64,000 nt of DNA. It comes from Tubiluchus corallicola. Taxonomy: Eukaryota; Animalia; Priapulida. Shown in pieces: positions 1-12,586 of the stretch. The DNA lies in assembly GCA_030141605.1 (NCBI GenBank), contig JAQGDQ010000013.1, positions 262,447 through 326,446 on the forward strand, read 5' to 3'. A program made the translations under genes and the position numbers. Position 1 is the first letter of the stretch; each line of letters begins with the position of its first letter. The notes under the pieces are model-generated. The model made no database searches and was not told the DNA's origin. It worked only from the letters and a program-made list of their open reading frames with translations.

Positions 1-391
1 GTTTCTTATTCACTGATTTGTCATCTTTCGAAAATAAATATTTTGTTTTGAATTATCATTCAACAGCAGGACCTGCTTAATGTTTGTGTCTGTCACAAGA
101 TTGGAATTTGGCTCGTTAGACAGGTTAACCATCTAAGGTGAGATACTGGATCAGCAGAGGCATTTCATCCACGTTAGGATGAGTAAACATCCTTCTTTAA
201 TGACAATAAGTATTGCAGGTAAAGCCTCTCTCAGTACCAGATGACCATCATCCCAAACGATTTACTGGCCAGATTCGGCAACCTGCAGTACCACAGTGCA
301 CGGCAACCACTGAATACTTCGTTGTGGTGCACTGTGACTACCAAACAGGTCAAAGTGGCCTCGTAGTGTAACGATGGTGTTGTAACGTGAC

Positions 392-733
392 TGTAACAAT
401 GGTGTTATCAGACTTTAGATCCTAGGCTACAAAATTACATCCACTATTGTTATAGTTCCTTTGCTAATATAACTGTTATAGTTACAGTTTAGTTTTGAAA
501 ATGTCACCCTTTACAGTTACTTACTAATACTCAGTGAATTTATAGTTCTAGTTTTGAAAATTATACTCTTTACAGTTACTTAACTGATACTCAGCGAACT
601 TAAATAATTGCATGTAAAGACTGACATTTTTAAAACTAGAACTGTAACAGTTATAGTAGCAAAGGAACTGTCCCAATACTGGACGTAATATTGTTGCTTA
701 GGATCTAAAATTGGCGATAACACCGTTGTTACA
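392..733. mobile_element. Foldback/MITE-like element with ~120-bp imperfect inverted arms and an internal ~59-bp tandem duplication
   Basis: The reverse complement of 613-733 aligns with 392-515 (tgtaacaa.ggtgttatc...tttagatccta...agttcctttgcta.tataactgtta...agtttt.aaaatgtca..ctttaca). The segments ~485-542 and ~543-601 are direct copies of each other. No ORF. Confidence 0.7.
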
Positions 734-1209
734 CTTACAGTCTTGTATGTCGATTATGCAGCCAATTGTTCTACAGCCCACTGAGTAATTTGGAATGAAA
801 CTAACAAAGGCGTTCTAGTCACAGACATTTTCAAATTGGCACCTCATTATTATGAATCTATTTACTGCTGCATAGGAATAATCTTGATAACTGTTTGTAC
901 AAAAAATTCTTATTATACATTTTCACCTACACAAAACACGCGCCCATTTTTGTTTACAAAACCGAATTGTCATAAGTCCAATAATACGGTGGATAATGAA
1001 AGAATTTTAAATTCGGTTGATTTAGCAAGAAATAACCAATATGCATTATACACGAATAATGCATGCGATAAATAAAAAGGAATAAATATTATTACTAGTA
1101 CTTATTAAGTCTCAAAAAATGTTTTAACTTTTTGTTGGTACTGTGTACAATATTTACGGTGGAAATTTTTTATTGTGACACTATTTATGTGCTGACACCT
1201 ATTGACGAA

Positions 1210-4200
1210 ATGGCTGGCAAAGAAGACGACAAAAAGGAAAATCCATTCAGTTTTAAAAGTTTCATGGAAAAGTGCGTTGAGAAGAACGGTGAAAGTAAGC
1301 GTGATGCAGCAGGTACAGTATCAGTTACATATTTTTTAACTGATCAGGTTTATATTTCCACTGATTTTTATGCAAGTATAGTTTAAACTAATGTTCTAAG
1401 TGAACGTACTGAATTCTGATGTATGTAATAGTAATACACTAAATATACGTCTTTTATTGTTTACTTGTCCTCAGTTAAATTTTGTAATTACACAGTCTTT
1501 TTTACAGTGTCTTTTTCTGACATCTTCATACTTGTACTGTTTCTAGATAAGTTTATACGTGTAATTAAAGGAAGACAGGATGATTTTTCTTATTGAACGA
1601 ATATTGAAGTACAGTACTACTCTAAGAGATTTAGTGTGTTGTACTAAAACTCAGCAAGTTTTGAGATAAAAATTCAAATTTCAAATTTACCGCTGGACTC
1701 ACGCATGAAGTGTCAAACGTGAGCAGTCCGTCACAAACTAACATATCTGAACTGAGAGATACAACGCCTGTTTTTGTGCAATGCACATCTAACTAGAGAA
1801 TGGCGAAATGCATGCAACAGAGAAGAGTTTGTGGTGCGAACGTGAAATTTGTATTGCATTTGTGTGGTAATAATCCTTTCACGTAAAGCGCTCTTTAAAA
1901 AATAGTATTTTTCTGTTCAATATTTTACATAATAGGTTGTTTTGACCTGCAGTTTAACATTGGGTCCAGTTTTGCTTTAAGATTCTGCTTACGGGACAAA
2001 ATTATCAGACATGGGACATGTCCTATATATAATAAGGACGTCTGGCAACCCTGCACCAAAGAAAGCCTCAATCTGCGGTAAAATTTTTGCAGCAGTGATA
2101 ACTTACAGCAGAAGCAAGATCATGTGCAGTTGAAAAAATTTGATGTTGAAAAAGACTTGCCATTGCGTACAGTATAGATGTACTACATAGCCGTACATTA
2201 CCTGTTCTGCATTTTTGATTTATGGACAGCTATGACCAAGGCAAAATACCCTCCCAAATCACAAATACTTTTTTCAATACGACTTAGTTTGGCTCATCCA
2301 AAAATTTTTCTACATTTGATCTGGTTTGATTCCATTGTAAAGTTAAAGGTTCAGCTGTGGTTCATTCAGTCAGATGTTCATCCCATCACTAGTTTATATT
2401 TGGTTGGGTTTATTGCTCATGCCAACCATACAGTCTGTGACTGGAAAATGAGAAACAAAACTAAAAATGATTTCAACTTTTTATGTCTGAAATAAAACAA
2501 TTAATTTAATTATTAGTCAAATTATTTTGCCGAACCAGCATTCTGTGAAATGAGTGTAGGTGGTACTGACATTTTGTCTTCTATAAAGACGAAAACTTGG
2601 ACTTGTGTTGTGTTGGACCGACAGCTGAAGTGGAAGAGCATGCAATCTGTAATTGTGAGATTGTGGGTTCAAATCCTGATTTTCAGATACTTCCTCTTCT
2701 TTCAAATCAATAAGCTAATTATTGTTTAGTTAGCATGTACGTAAATCATTAGGCTGATTAACGCTGGTTTAGCACAGTTTAAAAATTAAAACTGTAACTG
2801 ATAAAGATTGAACAAGTACCGACTCTCATTCATTCGAAACTAACTATCGAATAGGAATTAAACTTGTGATATAAATTATTTCATGTAAGTCATTATTGAA
2901 AAAACAGTATCTTCCATTTCAATATTTTCTACTTTAAATCATTTTGAGCTGTGGGCCTGATTTTCCTTTGTAAAGATTCATGTTTCTTTGTATTTAGGTA
3001 CGTCAAATGATTCAGCAGATGAAGCACAGGCCGGAAGTTCTGTTAGTGCCACTGAAGCTAAAAGAGAAGAAAATCCATTTTCATTTAAGCAGTTTTTGAG
3101 ACATTCGGATACATTACAGCAGAGGAGTGCTCCTGAAGTGAGCAACAAGATGGGGTTTGGCGGTGCACGTCCAAAACAGAAAATCAGACAGGATTGCAAT
3201 AGCCGTGAACACTTTGTTGGTTTACCACGACAGACTTATACAACTCCTGATATTGCAAATGATTTGCCAGACTTTGTTCAAGATCATTTCCACAATGAAA
3301 GTGCAAGAACTGAAACAGCACACGAGTTGCTGTTGCCCGATTTGGAATCTTCGCTTCCGAACTTAACTCACGGTTGTAACCAAGAACAGAATAAAACCAA
3401 AGCAGTGCCAAATTTACCAGATTTTACCAACTTGGGGACAATGCACCGTGTAGAAAATGATGCAGTGGAAGGCGGTATTCATGAACCCGACTTGGGTCTT
3501 CCCGATTTTCATTTAGCAGAAAAATCACAGGGATTAGATTTAAATCTTCCTGATTTTGCATTGCAATTGAATCCGCCCGAAGTTGTGTCTAATACTGTAA
3601 AGCAAAACTGTGATTACATAACAGACAATGATGGCGGTGTGGCAGAAGAAAATAGTCTGCCGCCTGTAAAAGATGATCATTCTGGTTGTTTACATACTAC
3701 AAGTGACTCCTCTGGATTGCCGCCAAAGAGTTTGCCAGATTTTCTTTCTGATGGGCCAATGTTGTCCAACAATACAGGTGTTTCAAGTGATTTGCCATCA
3801 CCTGAAAATTTACCAGGTGCAGAGGTGGAGCAGGTATTCCCTTCTTTTGTGTCTCTTTGAGATAAGCTCGTGTTTGTCTTTTTTTGGATAAGCAAAAAGT
3901 GTAACAGTGTAGCAAAGTCTCTCGGGTAATGCTCTGTGAATATCCTCAGCTTTAGGGAGAGCTGAAAGCTTATATAGATAAAAATTTTGCTAAAATTATT
4001 TTCGAAGCCAATGTCAGTATCATCGTGTATTGACTTGTACTTCCTACAGCATAAAAACATTCGACATTTGTATTTGCTGTCATTTGTATTTGAGATACAC
4101 CTTTCTTATACCTGTGCAGTATTTACGTTTTTTGCACCTTTTGTTGACTTAAAGTCAAACTAAGCCTTTATTATAATATAAGCATTTACAGTGTAAAATG

Positions 4201-7200
4201 TTACGGTGAATAAGAATATTGAATTTATTTTACTAGAAGCGTACTGTAAAACTTGCTATGATTCATTTGATTTTTTGTTGCTTCATTACTCGGCTTCAAA
4301 AATTTCAATAACCGCCATTTTTTCGGTGCGTAAGAGAAATGACGTAATCTGTGCACTAAAAAGGGCATATTTTTTACTCATGAATACAGTATGAACCACT
4401 CAAATTGTGGTTCATTTTTGTGAAATACTGTGAACCGAAATTCACCCACGTCTGTGAAAGCATGACATTGAGGTAGTGATACAATACACAAGGCTTTTGT
4501 TGCACTCATTATGGAAGGCAGATTGGTGCTTCTGGTACAGAGTAATTGTTTGGTGATAAATTGATAATTATAATAATCAATTTTCTAATACACTTGAAAT
4601 TTTAGTAAGCCTTATGTTACATTATAAATTATTCATAACTGGCCCACTGAGCAGCGATTCCTCTTCCCGTAATGCAGTATCACATTACTGTATGTGTTGA
4701 GGTAGTATCAATCAGTTAGTATCACCACACAGATTTAATGCCGCACAGATAGAATAATTAGAGTTTGATTGAGCAGGAAGGCGGCACTGAAACGAAAATA
4801 GCGTCATACCACAGGAGTAATAATTTTACTATTTTCCTTTTTTCAGTAAAAAGTAACTGTACATTCTTTGTGTAATCTTAATGTTTTAAAAAAGCTCAAT
4901 GTCTGTTGGGCTGTGTAAGCCTTTAAGAGCTTTGCATTGTGTTAGGAAGTGGAGGTTTCTAAGCAACCCAATTTGCTTACACTAGGTCTTTTCTCTTAAT
5001 GCCGTATAAATGATGAATAGGGGTTCATCAGGCATTTTAATTATTGAATAGCTTTTTATACAAGTACCTATTATAGAATGATGACCAAAATTCTATTCAG
5101 GGTTAAAACAAAACAAGTTTTTGTTAGCAGAACATGTTTCATGCATTAAGTAGAACTAGGTATTATCCTTGTTCTATCCTTGTTTCTTTTTTGTAGGTTG
5201 AGTAATTTTCGAGTTCTTTTTGTTTTTCAGTTGAGGAATGCAAATGAACATTTAAGAAATGAATTAAGAAGAGCGGAGCAGAATAGAAGGTGAGTTTTTT
5301 GAAGATGCCCTTTAAAGGTTGATACATAATGCAGTTTTATGTTTAAAAAAGTCAGAACCTGAATGAGTGTCAGAAAATGTAAATTAAAATATATAGTAAA
5401 TGTGTCAACAAAAGCCAGAAAAAGTTAAATGACTAATTCTCGGGCACTATACATGATGGAGAGTGTGGAATACAAACAGTTTTTGTGCTTGTTAAATGGC
5501 AGCCTATATGATGAAGTTCTTGTCTGAGGTTTCCTAATGATACGTCTTACAATTGCTTAATGGCATGTTACAGTTACAGCGGAAAAAATGTGTTTTCTAC
5601 TATACTCCATCGCTCGTCACTTGTTGGGAATTAATTATAAAAAATGAAAAAACTGATTATTGTTTTGTAGTAAAAATTCATTTGGTTTGTGTAATACATC
5701 TATTAACTTTTTCTAGCCTTATGGCCATCGCTGCTGCTGGTAACCTACTTGATGTATTCAATGCTTTTTATTTATAGAATTCAGGTGGTTGAACTAAAGA
5801 GTCAGTTAGAAGCCCTGAAGAAAAAAGAAGCTGAGGAAACAAGTGCACTCGAAGCCATGGTGCAGAAAGTAGAAGCGAATTTACAACTGACTACAGTATG
5901 TTTGTTTTTTGTTTAACTAGTACTGGCATCTTCAATGATCTGTGTTGTACCATATAGTGAGTGCTGCTTTGGTTTCTACAATCAAAATAGAAACTTAGTA
6001 AAAATTGTAGTACACTTTTTACCTGTGTGGTAGCCATGATAGATGTTTTGAGTAGCACGTCATTAAATACCCTGACACTAACCAGATATTTAGAGGGGCA
6101 TACTGCAGATTTTTTTTTTGCAAAAATGTAAGTATTATCATCAGTTTGTAGCACTAAAAAAAGGGTTTCATAATTTACCATTTAAATAATTTTGGGAAAA
6201 CCAACACAGTTTATTAATAATTATTAGTGCTCAAGATTTCCAAATGTCTAGTGGAGAAATTGGGTTAATCAGTTAGGGAATCCAGCATGGATTGTTATCG
6301 ATACACAGCATTTACAATCGGTGCTTAATTGTGAATAAAATACAACATGTCATAATCATGGTGGAGAGAGGAAAAGGATGGCAAAGAGAAAGACTGGTCA
6401 GAAAAGGTAACATGTTAGAGTGAATGAGCAAGAAGGACAGAGGTAGAGATGAGAAATATAGTGAGAGAGAGGAGGAAAAGAAGAAAAAGAGGGAGAGAGA
6501 TATGGGGAGGGGCAATTACAGCAGGAATAATTGGACAATATTGGATGCCACAACAGTATAAAGTACTGTATTTCCCACATGTTTTTGTTTCAAAGTGATT
6601 TTCGGATCTTAAATCATGACTTGTTAGAGAAAGACTTACTTGTTGCAGGAAAGAGCCATAAAAGCTGAAGAAACAGTAAAAAGATTAAAAGAAGAAGTCA
6701 AGTCATTACACGTAAGTTTTTTGCTAAAAATAAATGTTATTGTATTAGCTTTGGCTACTAAAAATAAATGTTATTGTATTAGTTTTAGCTTTAAAAAGTA
6801 CTTTATGTGACGTGAAGCACGGTATGAAATGTTGGATGTTTGTTGTTCCTTAGCTGATAGTAAGTAATTGCTCATTATTACAAAGCTAGGTTGGCATTGG
6901 GGCTGAGTAAGGAGAATTCAAGATCTTTACCTGCTTCATAATTTCGTGAAGGTATTGAAGTGCCAGCCTGTCCTTAGCCCTGAAATGGGTCTTTTGCATA
7001 GAGATTACTTTACAGTGACTCGATTCTGTTTACCGAAATCTTCAAAATGACCCAAAAAAGTCTTCAAAATATAAGATGCTCGCCATTTTTTGTTTTCTCA
7101 ACAACTTCATACTGTGCTTGTCTAATTAATTTAAATTTATTTGCTTTTTCAGTCCAGCAAAATTCCCTACATGGGTAAAGAATTATAACATTTTAATTCG

Positions 7201-8865
7201 TTTTGAGATGAAACTTTCCAACACATTTACAGAATGTTTATAATCTCACATTTCAGATGCAGGTGTCACACCTCATGGAGGAAAACGAGATGCTCAAGTC
7301 AGGGGAAACGGATGCTGGTTTACGCAACATGCGACAAACAACAAGACTTGCCTCTGAACAACTTGCTGCAGCTGCAAATAGTGCAGAGTCACAACTCAAG
7401 TATGCTTTTATAGGCACTTAAACACTTATTGATGACTGCAGTGACTATTTTCCAAGTTACTCTACTTCATTAAAATTTAGGGTTTTTGAGCCAGAGAAGT
7501 AACCGTAGTGCTAATTATAAAGTTGTTTTATCCACACAAATCGCAATTCGTTAATTCGTACATGATTGACACATGATTCAATTATGATGGAAAGAAACTA
7601 ATGTGAAAAGTTGGAACTGATTCTGGATTTGAACCATTGACCTTTGAATTCTTATTCCATTAGAGCACACAGTTCTTTCTGTTCAAGGCAGGAACTCAAT
7701 CAATCCTAATTGTCCAATTCATCTGCCATTTTGTGCACCTCTAAGTAAATTACTAATTAAAAATGGATTTATTTTTTTATCACGTAGGAGTTTGAAAATG
7801 TTATACATAACCATAAGTGCAAAATTTTTAATTAATGATAGAACAATTCTACAATTTACGGAATTTTAGACACATATTTAGCCAGAAAATTTGAACGAGA
7901 GACCTTTTTTCAAGCTCAGTTTACTGGCTTATTGAGCTGTAGGTTGAATAAATCAACTCTTGTGAGTGCTTGAATGATTTATGAGTTAGGACTGATAAAA
8001 AACTTGTCTTGGTCACAAGGGACTGAGCAGTCATCAGGCATGTAAATCAAAGGTCCGTAGGTCAAGTCCAGGCTTAATTTCAATTTATTTATCCTTCTTT
8101 TGGCCATAAGGTTACAAAGTTGATTTATTTTGCACCAGCATCGCATTATGTTTACAAGCTTGGCTTCTGGAAAATACAGTTGCACAATAAAACATTGTTA
8201 TCCAACAATTTTTCCCTTAGCTTTCTTTTCGGCTAAGATTCTTAGTTTCAGTTTGTTATTTTACACCCCCCCACACCAAAACTGCTAAATTATTTTAAGT
8301 TTGTTTACCAGTGTTTGAGTCAACAATTGTAGGAATTACAGAGTTGCTAAGATTAGAAAAGATTAGAGTTGGTACAAATTGTAAGCTCTAATTTTTAAAA
8401 TAGCATATCAAACTGAAGGGTACTTTGGGACGCTTTATATCTCGACCATCGCTTATGAAGTTATGCTAAGTTGTCATTCGATCACCCGAACCAAGATGCA
8501 TTTGTAAACTCTTTACGTTGCTCTTTAAGGTTGCATGTATGTAATGTTGTTTAGACAAGTTATGTTTAACTCAGAAAGTAAAATCAGTTCCTCGAACACT
8601 AATCGGTATTCTCCGCATTTTATTAATTAAGGTGCTAGCATTATTTCAGTGCTGCTTTGTTATATTTCTATTTACAAATTTTTACGGTTTTGAAAAGAGA
8701 GCTACTATATAACTGAGTTTAAGTTTGCTTGTTTATCACATTATTTTTATTTATTATAGGCAACTGATGGCAGGCGTAGACTCACTACGGTTATTATCAA
8801 ACATGTTAGCAAATGCGGACAAAATATCAGAGCCGCCTCAAAAAGACACTGCAAGTAATTTCTAG
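1210..8865 (+). CDS. ENTR1: Endosome-associated trafficking regulator 1 (SDCCAG3/ENTR1) homolog, 7 coding exons, ~475 aa
   Basis: Exons 1210-1312, 2998-3833, 5231-5289, 5778-5895, 6649-6711, 7257-7399 and 8760-8865 are all GT-AG and phase-consistent (1428 nt, TAG at 8863-8865). The ENPFSFKxF motif and the C-terminal coiled coil (KKEAEETSALEAMVQKVEANLQLTTERAIKAEETVKRLKEEV...QLMAGVDSLRLLSNMLANADKISE) match SDCCAG3 as I recall it. Confidence 0.88.
2615..2686 (+). pseudogene. tRNA-derived remnant (SINE head or tRNA pseudogene)
   Basis: A-box-like AGCTGAAGTGGAAGAGCA, anticodon-arm-like CAATCTGTAATTG and B-box GGTTCAAATCC occur at tRNA spacing, but the acceptor stem does not pair. A similar B box lies on the minus strand near 7625-7640. 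Confidence 0.5.
6725..6790. repeat. 34-bp direct tandem duplication in an ENTR1 intron
   Basis: ctaaaaataaatgttattgtattag occurs twice in tandem. Confidence 0.8.
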
Positions 8866-10571
8866 TGGGAACATGTACGGTGACTTGATAATTCTTTTGT
8901 GCACCAAGATTGATGCTAGCCACCCAAGATGTTTCTAAATTCTGGCTACGATAATGAGCATTAAATTCTGGCATTGTTGCATTGGTTGCAGAATGTTTAC
9001 AAACATTGTTGATAATGTTTTTTCTGGAGGGTGACATTAATTAGACGAGAAGGATGAGAAGCAACAGCAATGCTTCACAGCTGTTATTCCGTGCAGTTTC
9101 ACTGAGTGTGGTGCTTTTAAAAAGATTTAATGGATTTGATTCTATTGAACTTGGTGTAGAATTTTATTCTCATCTTGTAACATGTGTTAAATTTAATTTA
9201 TTCTAAGTACCAAATACTGTCGTGTCTTAACTCGACTCTTAAGATATACAGTTATAGACTAGTCTCACAGTTTTTTTAGAAGGGTGTATTTTTTGCTGAT
9301 AACTTACCTCAATTTTTTTTTGTTGACTTTTGTCAGTGACTCAACACCCGGTTACTCTACTAAAGTGCATGGCAGTCAGAATAGACTATACAATGTCCAT
9401 TGGGGCATAATCTGCAGCATGGCTGAAACTGTTTTTCACCAATAACCATGATGTGAGATTGGAAGGCAGTCATTTGATGTGTTTTTTTAGAATATACAAG
9501 ACACAATGTCACAATTTCTTTTTAGGAAAAATATTTATTAGCAGTTGACTTGCTTTAACAGTTTTTTGTTGATAGTAATAATTAACATCAGAATATTATA
9601 AAACATAAACAGTCCACAGACTCAGTATTTGTTACAGCTTAATCTACAATGCAGCTGTGCCTATTTTTCATAACGAAATAGATGTGAAGTTAGAAAGAAT
9701 TTAATATTTTTAACTCCATTTTAAATCTTCATTTGCGTGTACAAATTGTACTACTAGTACATCATTATATACTATCAACTTAAAGAAGGTAAGATATACA
9801 GGACGAGTAAATTAGTAAAAAAATTTCACTAAGTTTAACAGTATTAACTTTATCAAGTCTTTCCTGGGTATCTAAATTAAGCTCAGATATTTTATGGCAA
9901 TGATTATAATTATGTAGATGGCCTTAGCAAATTGACTGTACCATGTACTGTATTAACTTCTTTGTTTAACATCCCAATTTTGTAATGTGAAGAGCAAGGC
10001 TGAAAAAGAAAGGTGTTAAACTGAATCTTTTTTCTGCATAATAAATCAAAATTTGCTACATTTGTGTTCATTCTTAAAATTTAAGTGTTTAGCAAGGCAT
10101 GATTATTTCCATAAGAAAATGTAGCTCCGCTTGAAAATGTATTGAATTAACAAGGGATAACTTGGTTTCTGTGGGTTTTGATCTCGGCAGAGCCGTGTTC
10201 GCAGCAGTTGTTGTACAACAAAGTGCATAGTACAGTACATGTAAGTTGATACAGCAGTTCTACTAATGATTAGTGTAATTACTGCATTTTTGCAAAGTAG
10301 AACTTACTGTGATATGCATCTGACTTTGCCGACTTTTCACTATTTTATTCACAGGTTTTCCTTAGTCTGAGATGTATTAACTTCAATATTCAAACTTATT
10401 TATTTATGCGAAATTCAGAAATGTTTACAACTGATAGTATTGTAATTTATGAATGTGTATAGTTATTAATCTTTTGTTGTTGTTAGCATTGTATATACAT
10501 GTGTATAGGACATATGATTAAAACTTTTTGTAAAAAGACAAAACCACAGTGATTGTGGTGAAAGCTCGATA

Positions 10572-10588
10572 TTTATTTACAAAATAAA
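10572..10588. terminator. Back-to-back candidate poly(A) signals for MARCHF6 (-) and ENTR1 (+)
   Basis: TTTATT (AATAAA on the minus strand) at 10572-10577 and AATAAA on the plus strand at 10583-10588, between the two convergent stop codons. Confidence 0.4.
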
Positions 10589-12586
10589 AGTAATCAAGTA
10601 CAAAGTACACAAAAAATATTGTTACATATGTACATTTATATTTCTTATATTGAATTTATTCCTAACAATTATATATCTTTATAAACACTTAATTACTTAT
10701 CAATGACAATTAATGAACACAACATGAACATACATTTAAAGGTTTGGTAAAGTTCATTTTGTCAGCACCGTTTTTCTTTCATTAGCTTCTCTGAATAAAA
10801 CTGTGTGGTATTTGATGGTGAAGAGCCATTGGCAAAAAACTATAAGAAACGTTCGACGGTCATCCAGATTTTCATATTACTATTGTTAATACAGTACGTT
10901 CAGATTTACTTTTGAAATTGGCCGAGTTTTACATTGGGCTGACTGGTAATTTCCAGAGAGAAACAAGTCCAGTAGTGAGCATTCAGTTGTGGAGAATGCA
11001 TGCAATCAGCCAGATGCTTAAGTGGGCAGACAGAAAATTTTCTGGTGCTTGAGGGTATTTCAGAGGTCCAAAGTGTGAGACACTTTTGCTTTTTTATAGA
11101 AAACGTACACACTGCAACACTTGACTAGTAAGGCCTACGCATCAAGTTGCTGATTATAGCAGAACGTGGCTAAGATAGACGCTGTTACAGACGTGTATTA
11201 GACATCACAATCACGATACATGGATGTACGGCATGAGTTGCCCGTACAGATTTTCATAAAGACCATTTGATTCATCCACGAAGCATTAGACTTAACTACT
11301 GGTCTTGGACTGATCTTCCAAACTAGTAATAGCATAAACATGACAGCTTTTCTTAGCTAATGGTTTCCCTTACTTTAAGGAATAAGCAAATTCTAGTCAT
11401 AAGATAACAAAGAGATACTGATCTAAATACCAGAAATAGTAACATACTGTAATTTAGTCTCGGAAGAACTATTTAAAAACTGACTCTAAACTACATTCAC
11501 ATTTATAAATGAAGTCACATGTTGCCTAATGTTACCCGTTTATTATCTATATTGTTATTACAGACTATGTGAATTTATATTAATAAATGGAACGCACTCG
11601 ACAAGATACATTTGAAAAGACTGATTGTTTTTAAATAAATTTAGTAAGTCACCACATAATGGACTAGGCTTCCGTCTCACTAAAAAACTAAAATTGCAAA
11701 ATTTCACCTTAATGTAGCACAGATACATTCAAAATAGAATTCACCAAAGAATGACTCGCAAGCTGTAGTCTACAAACGCTACACTTAAAAATTAGGAATG
11801 CATTGTTGCATTAGTATTTTTGTCATAAAAAATCCAACTGTGTAGTAGTAGTAATTATGAAAATTTGTTGATATAGCATCAAAAGTGTTAGCAAATCTAC
11901 CCAAAATGACTCGAAATGCACAAACATCAACAAAGTAATGTCTTAGTTATGCTGTCACCTGACAGTCATATTTTCGATAACACTAGAAATTCGTAACTTT
12001 TGTAAAACCTGCTTTTTGCTTTAAGCTGTTCTGTGCTGGTCCTAATGCCCAAAATAAACTCTTAATGAGATGGGAAGAAAGCAAATCGTTTGATATATTA
12101 AACTTGTGGTGCTAAAGCGACAAGGAAAATTGCAACGCATGTGTTGTGGAATATATTAGACGATAAGATTTGGTTGCTTTTTGTCTCATTAAGGGTTTTC
12201 TCATTTACTTCGTACATTAATTAGAAAATAATACGTTAAACAATATCACGATAAACTGAAGTAAATTATTTGGTATATTAAACTCATGGTGATAATAAGG
12301 TCATTAAATTTTTGCCACACATGGTTTGTACAACATATCAAATGATTTGCTTTGGTTTCTCTAATTATATTATTTGATTAATAATTACCAAACAGATACA
12401 GGTGCTAATTCTATTTCAGTAGTAATCTATACATACACATATCAATATCATGGAAAATTAATATATTGATTGCACTCAAATTTCTTTTTCAATAATTACA
12501 AAGCAAAAGCAAAGAAAAATTAAAAATTTCCCTGTCATTTTAGTAAAATGACGAAGGAGAATAACAACAAAGTAGCAATGGTCATG

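Noticed and set aside
2615-2686. Functional tRNA-Tyr(GTA)
   Set aside because: The acceptor stem does not pair and the D and T arms are degenerate, so it is kept only as a tRNA-derived remnant.
11226-11249. Small hairpin TGTACGG-CATGAGTTGC-CCGTACA in the presumed MARCHF6 3' UTR
   Set aside because: It does not fit IRE or SECIS consensus, and a 7-bp stem is expected by chance in a window of this size.
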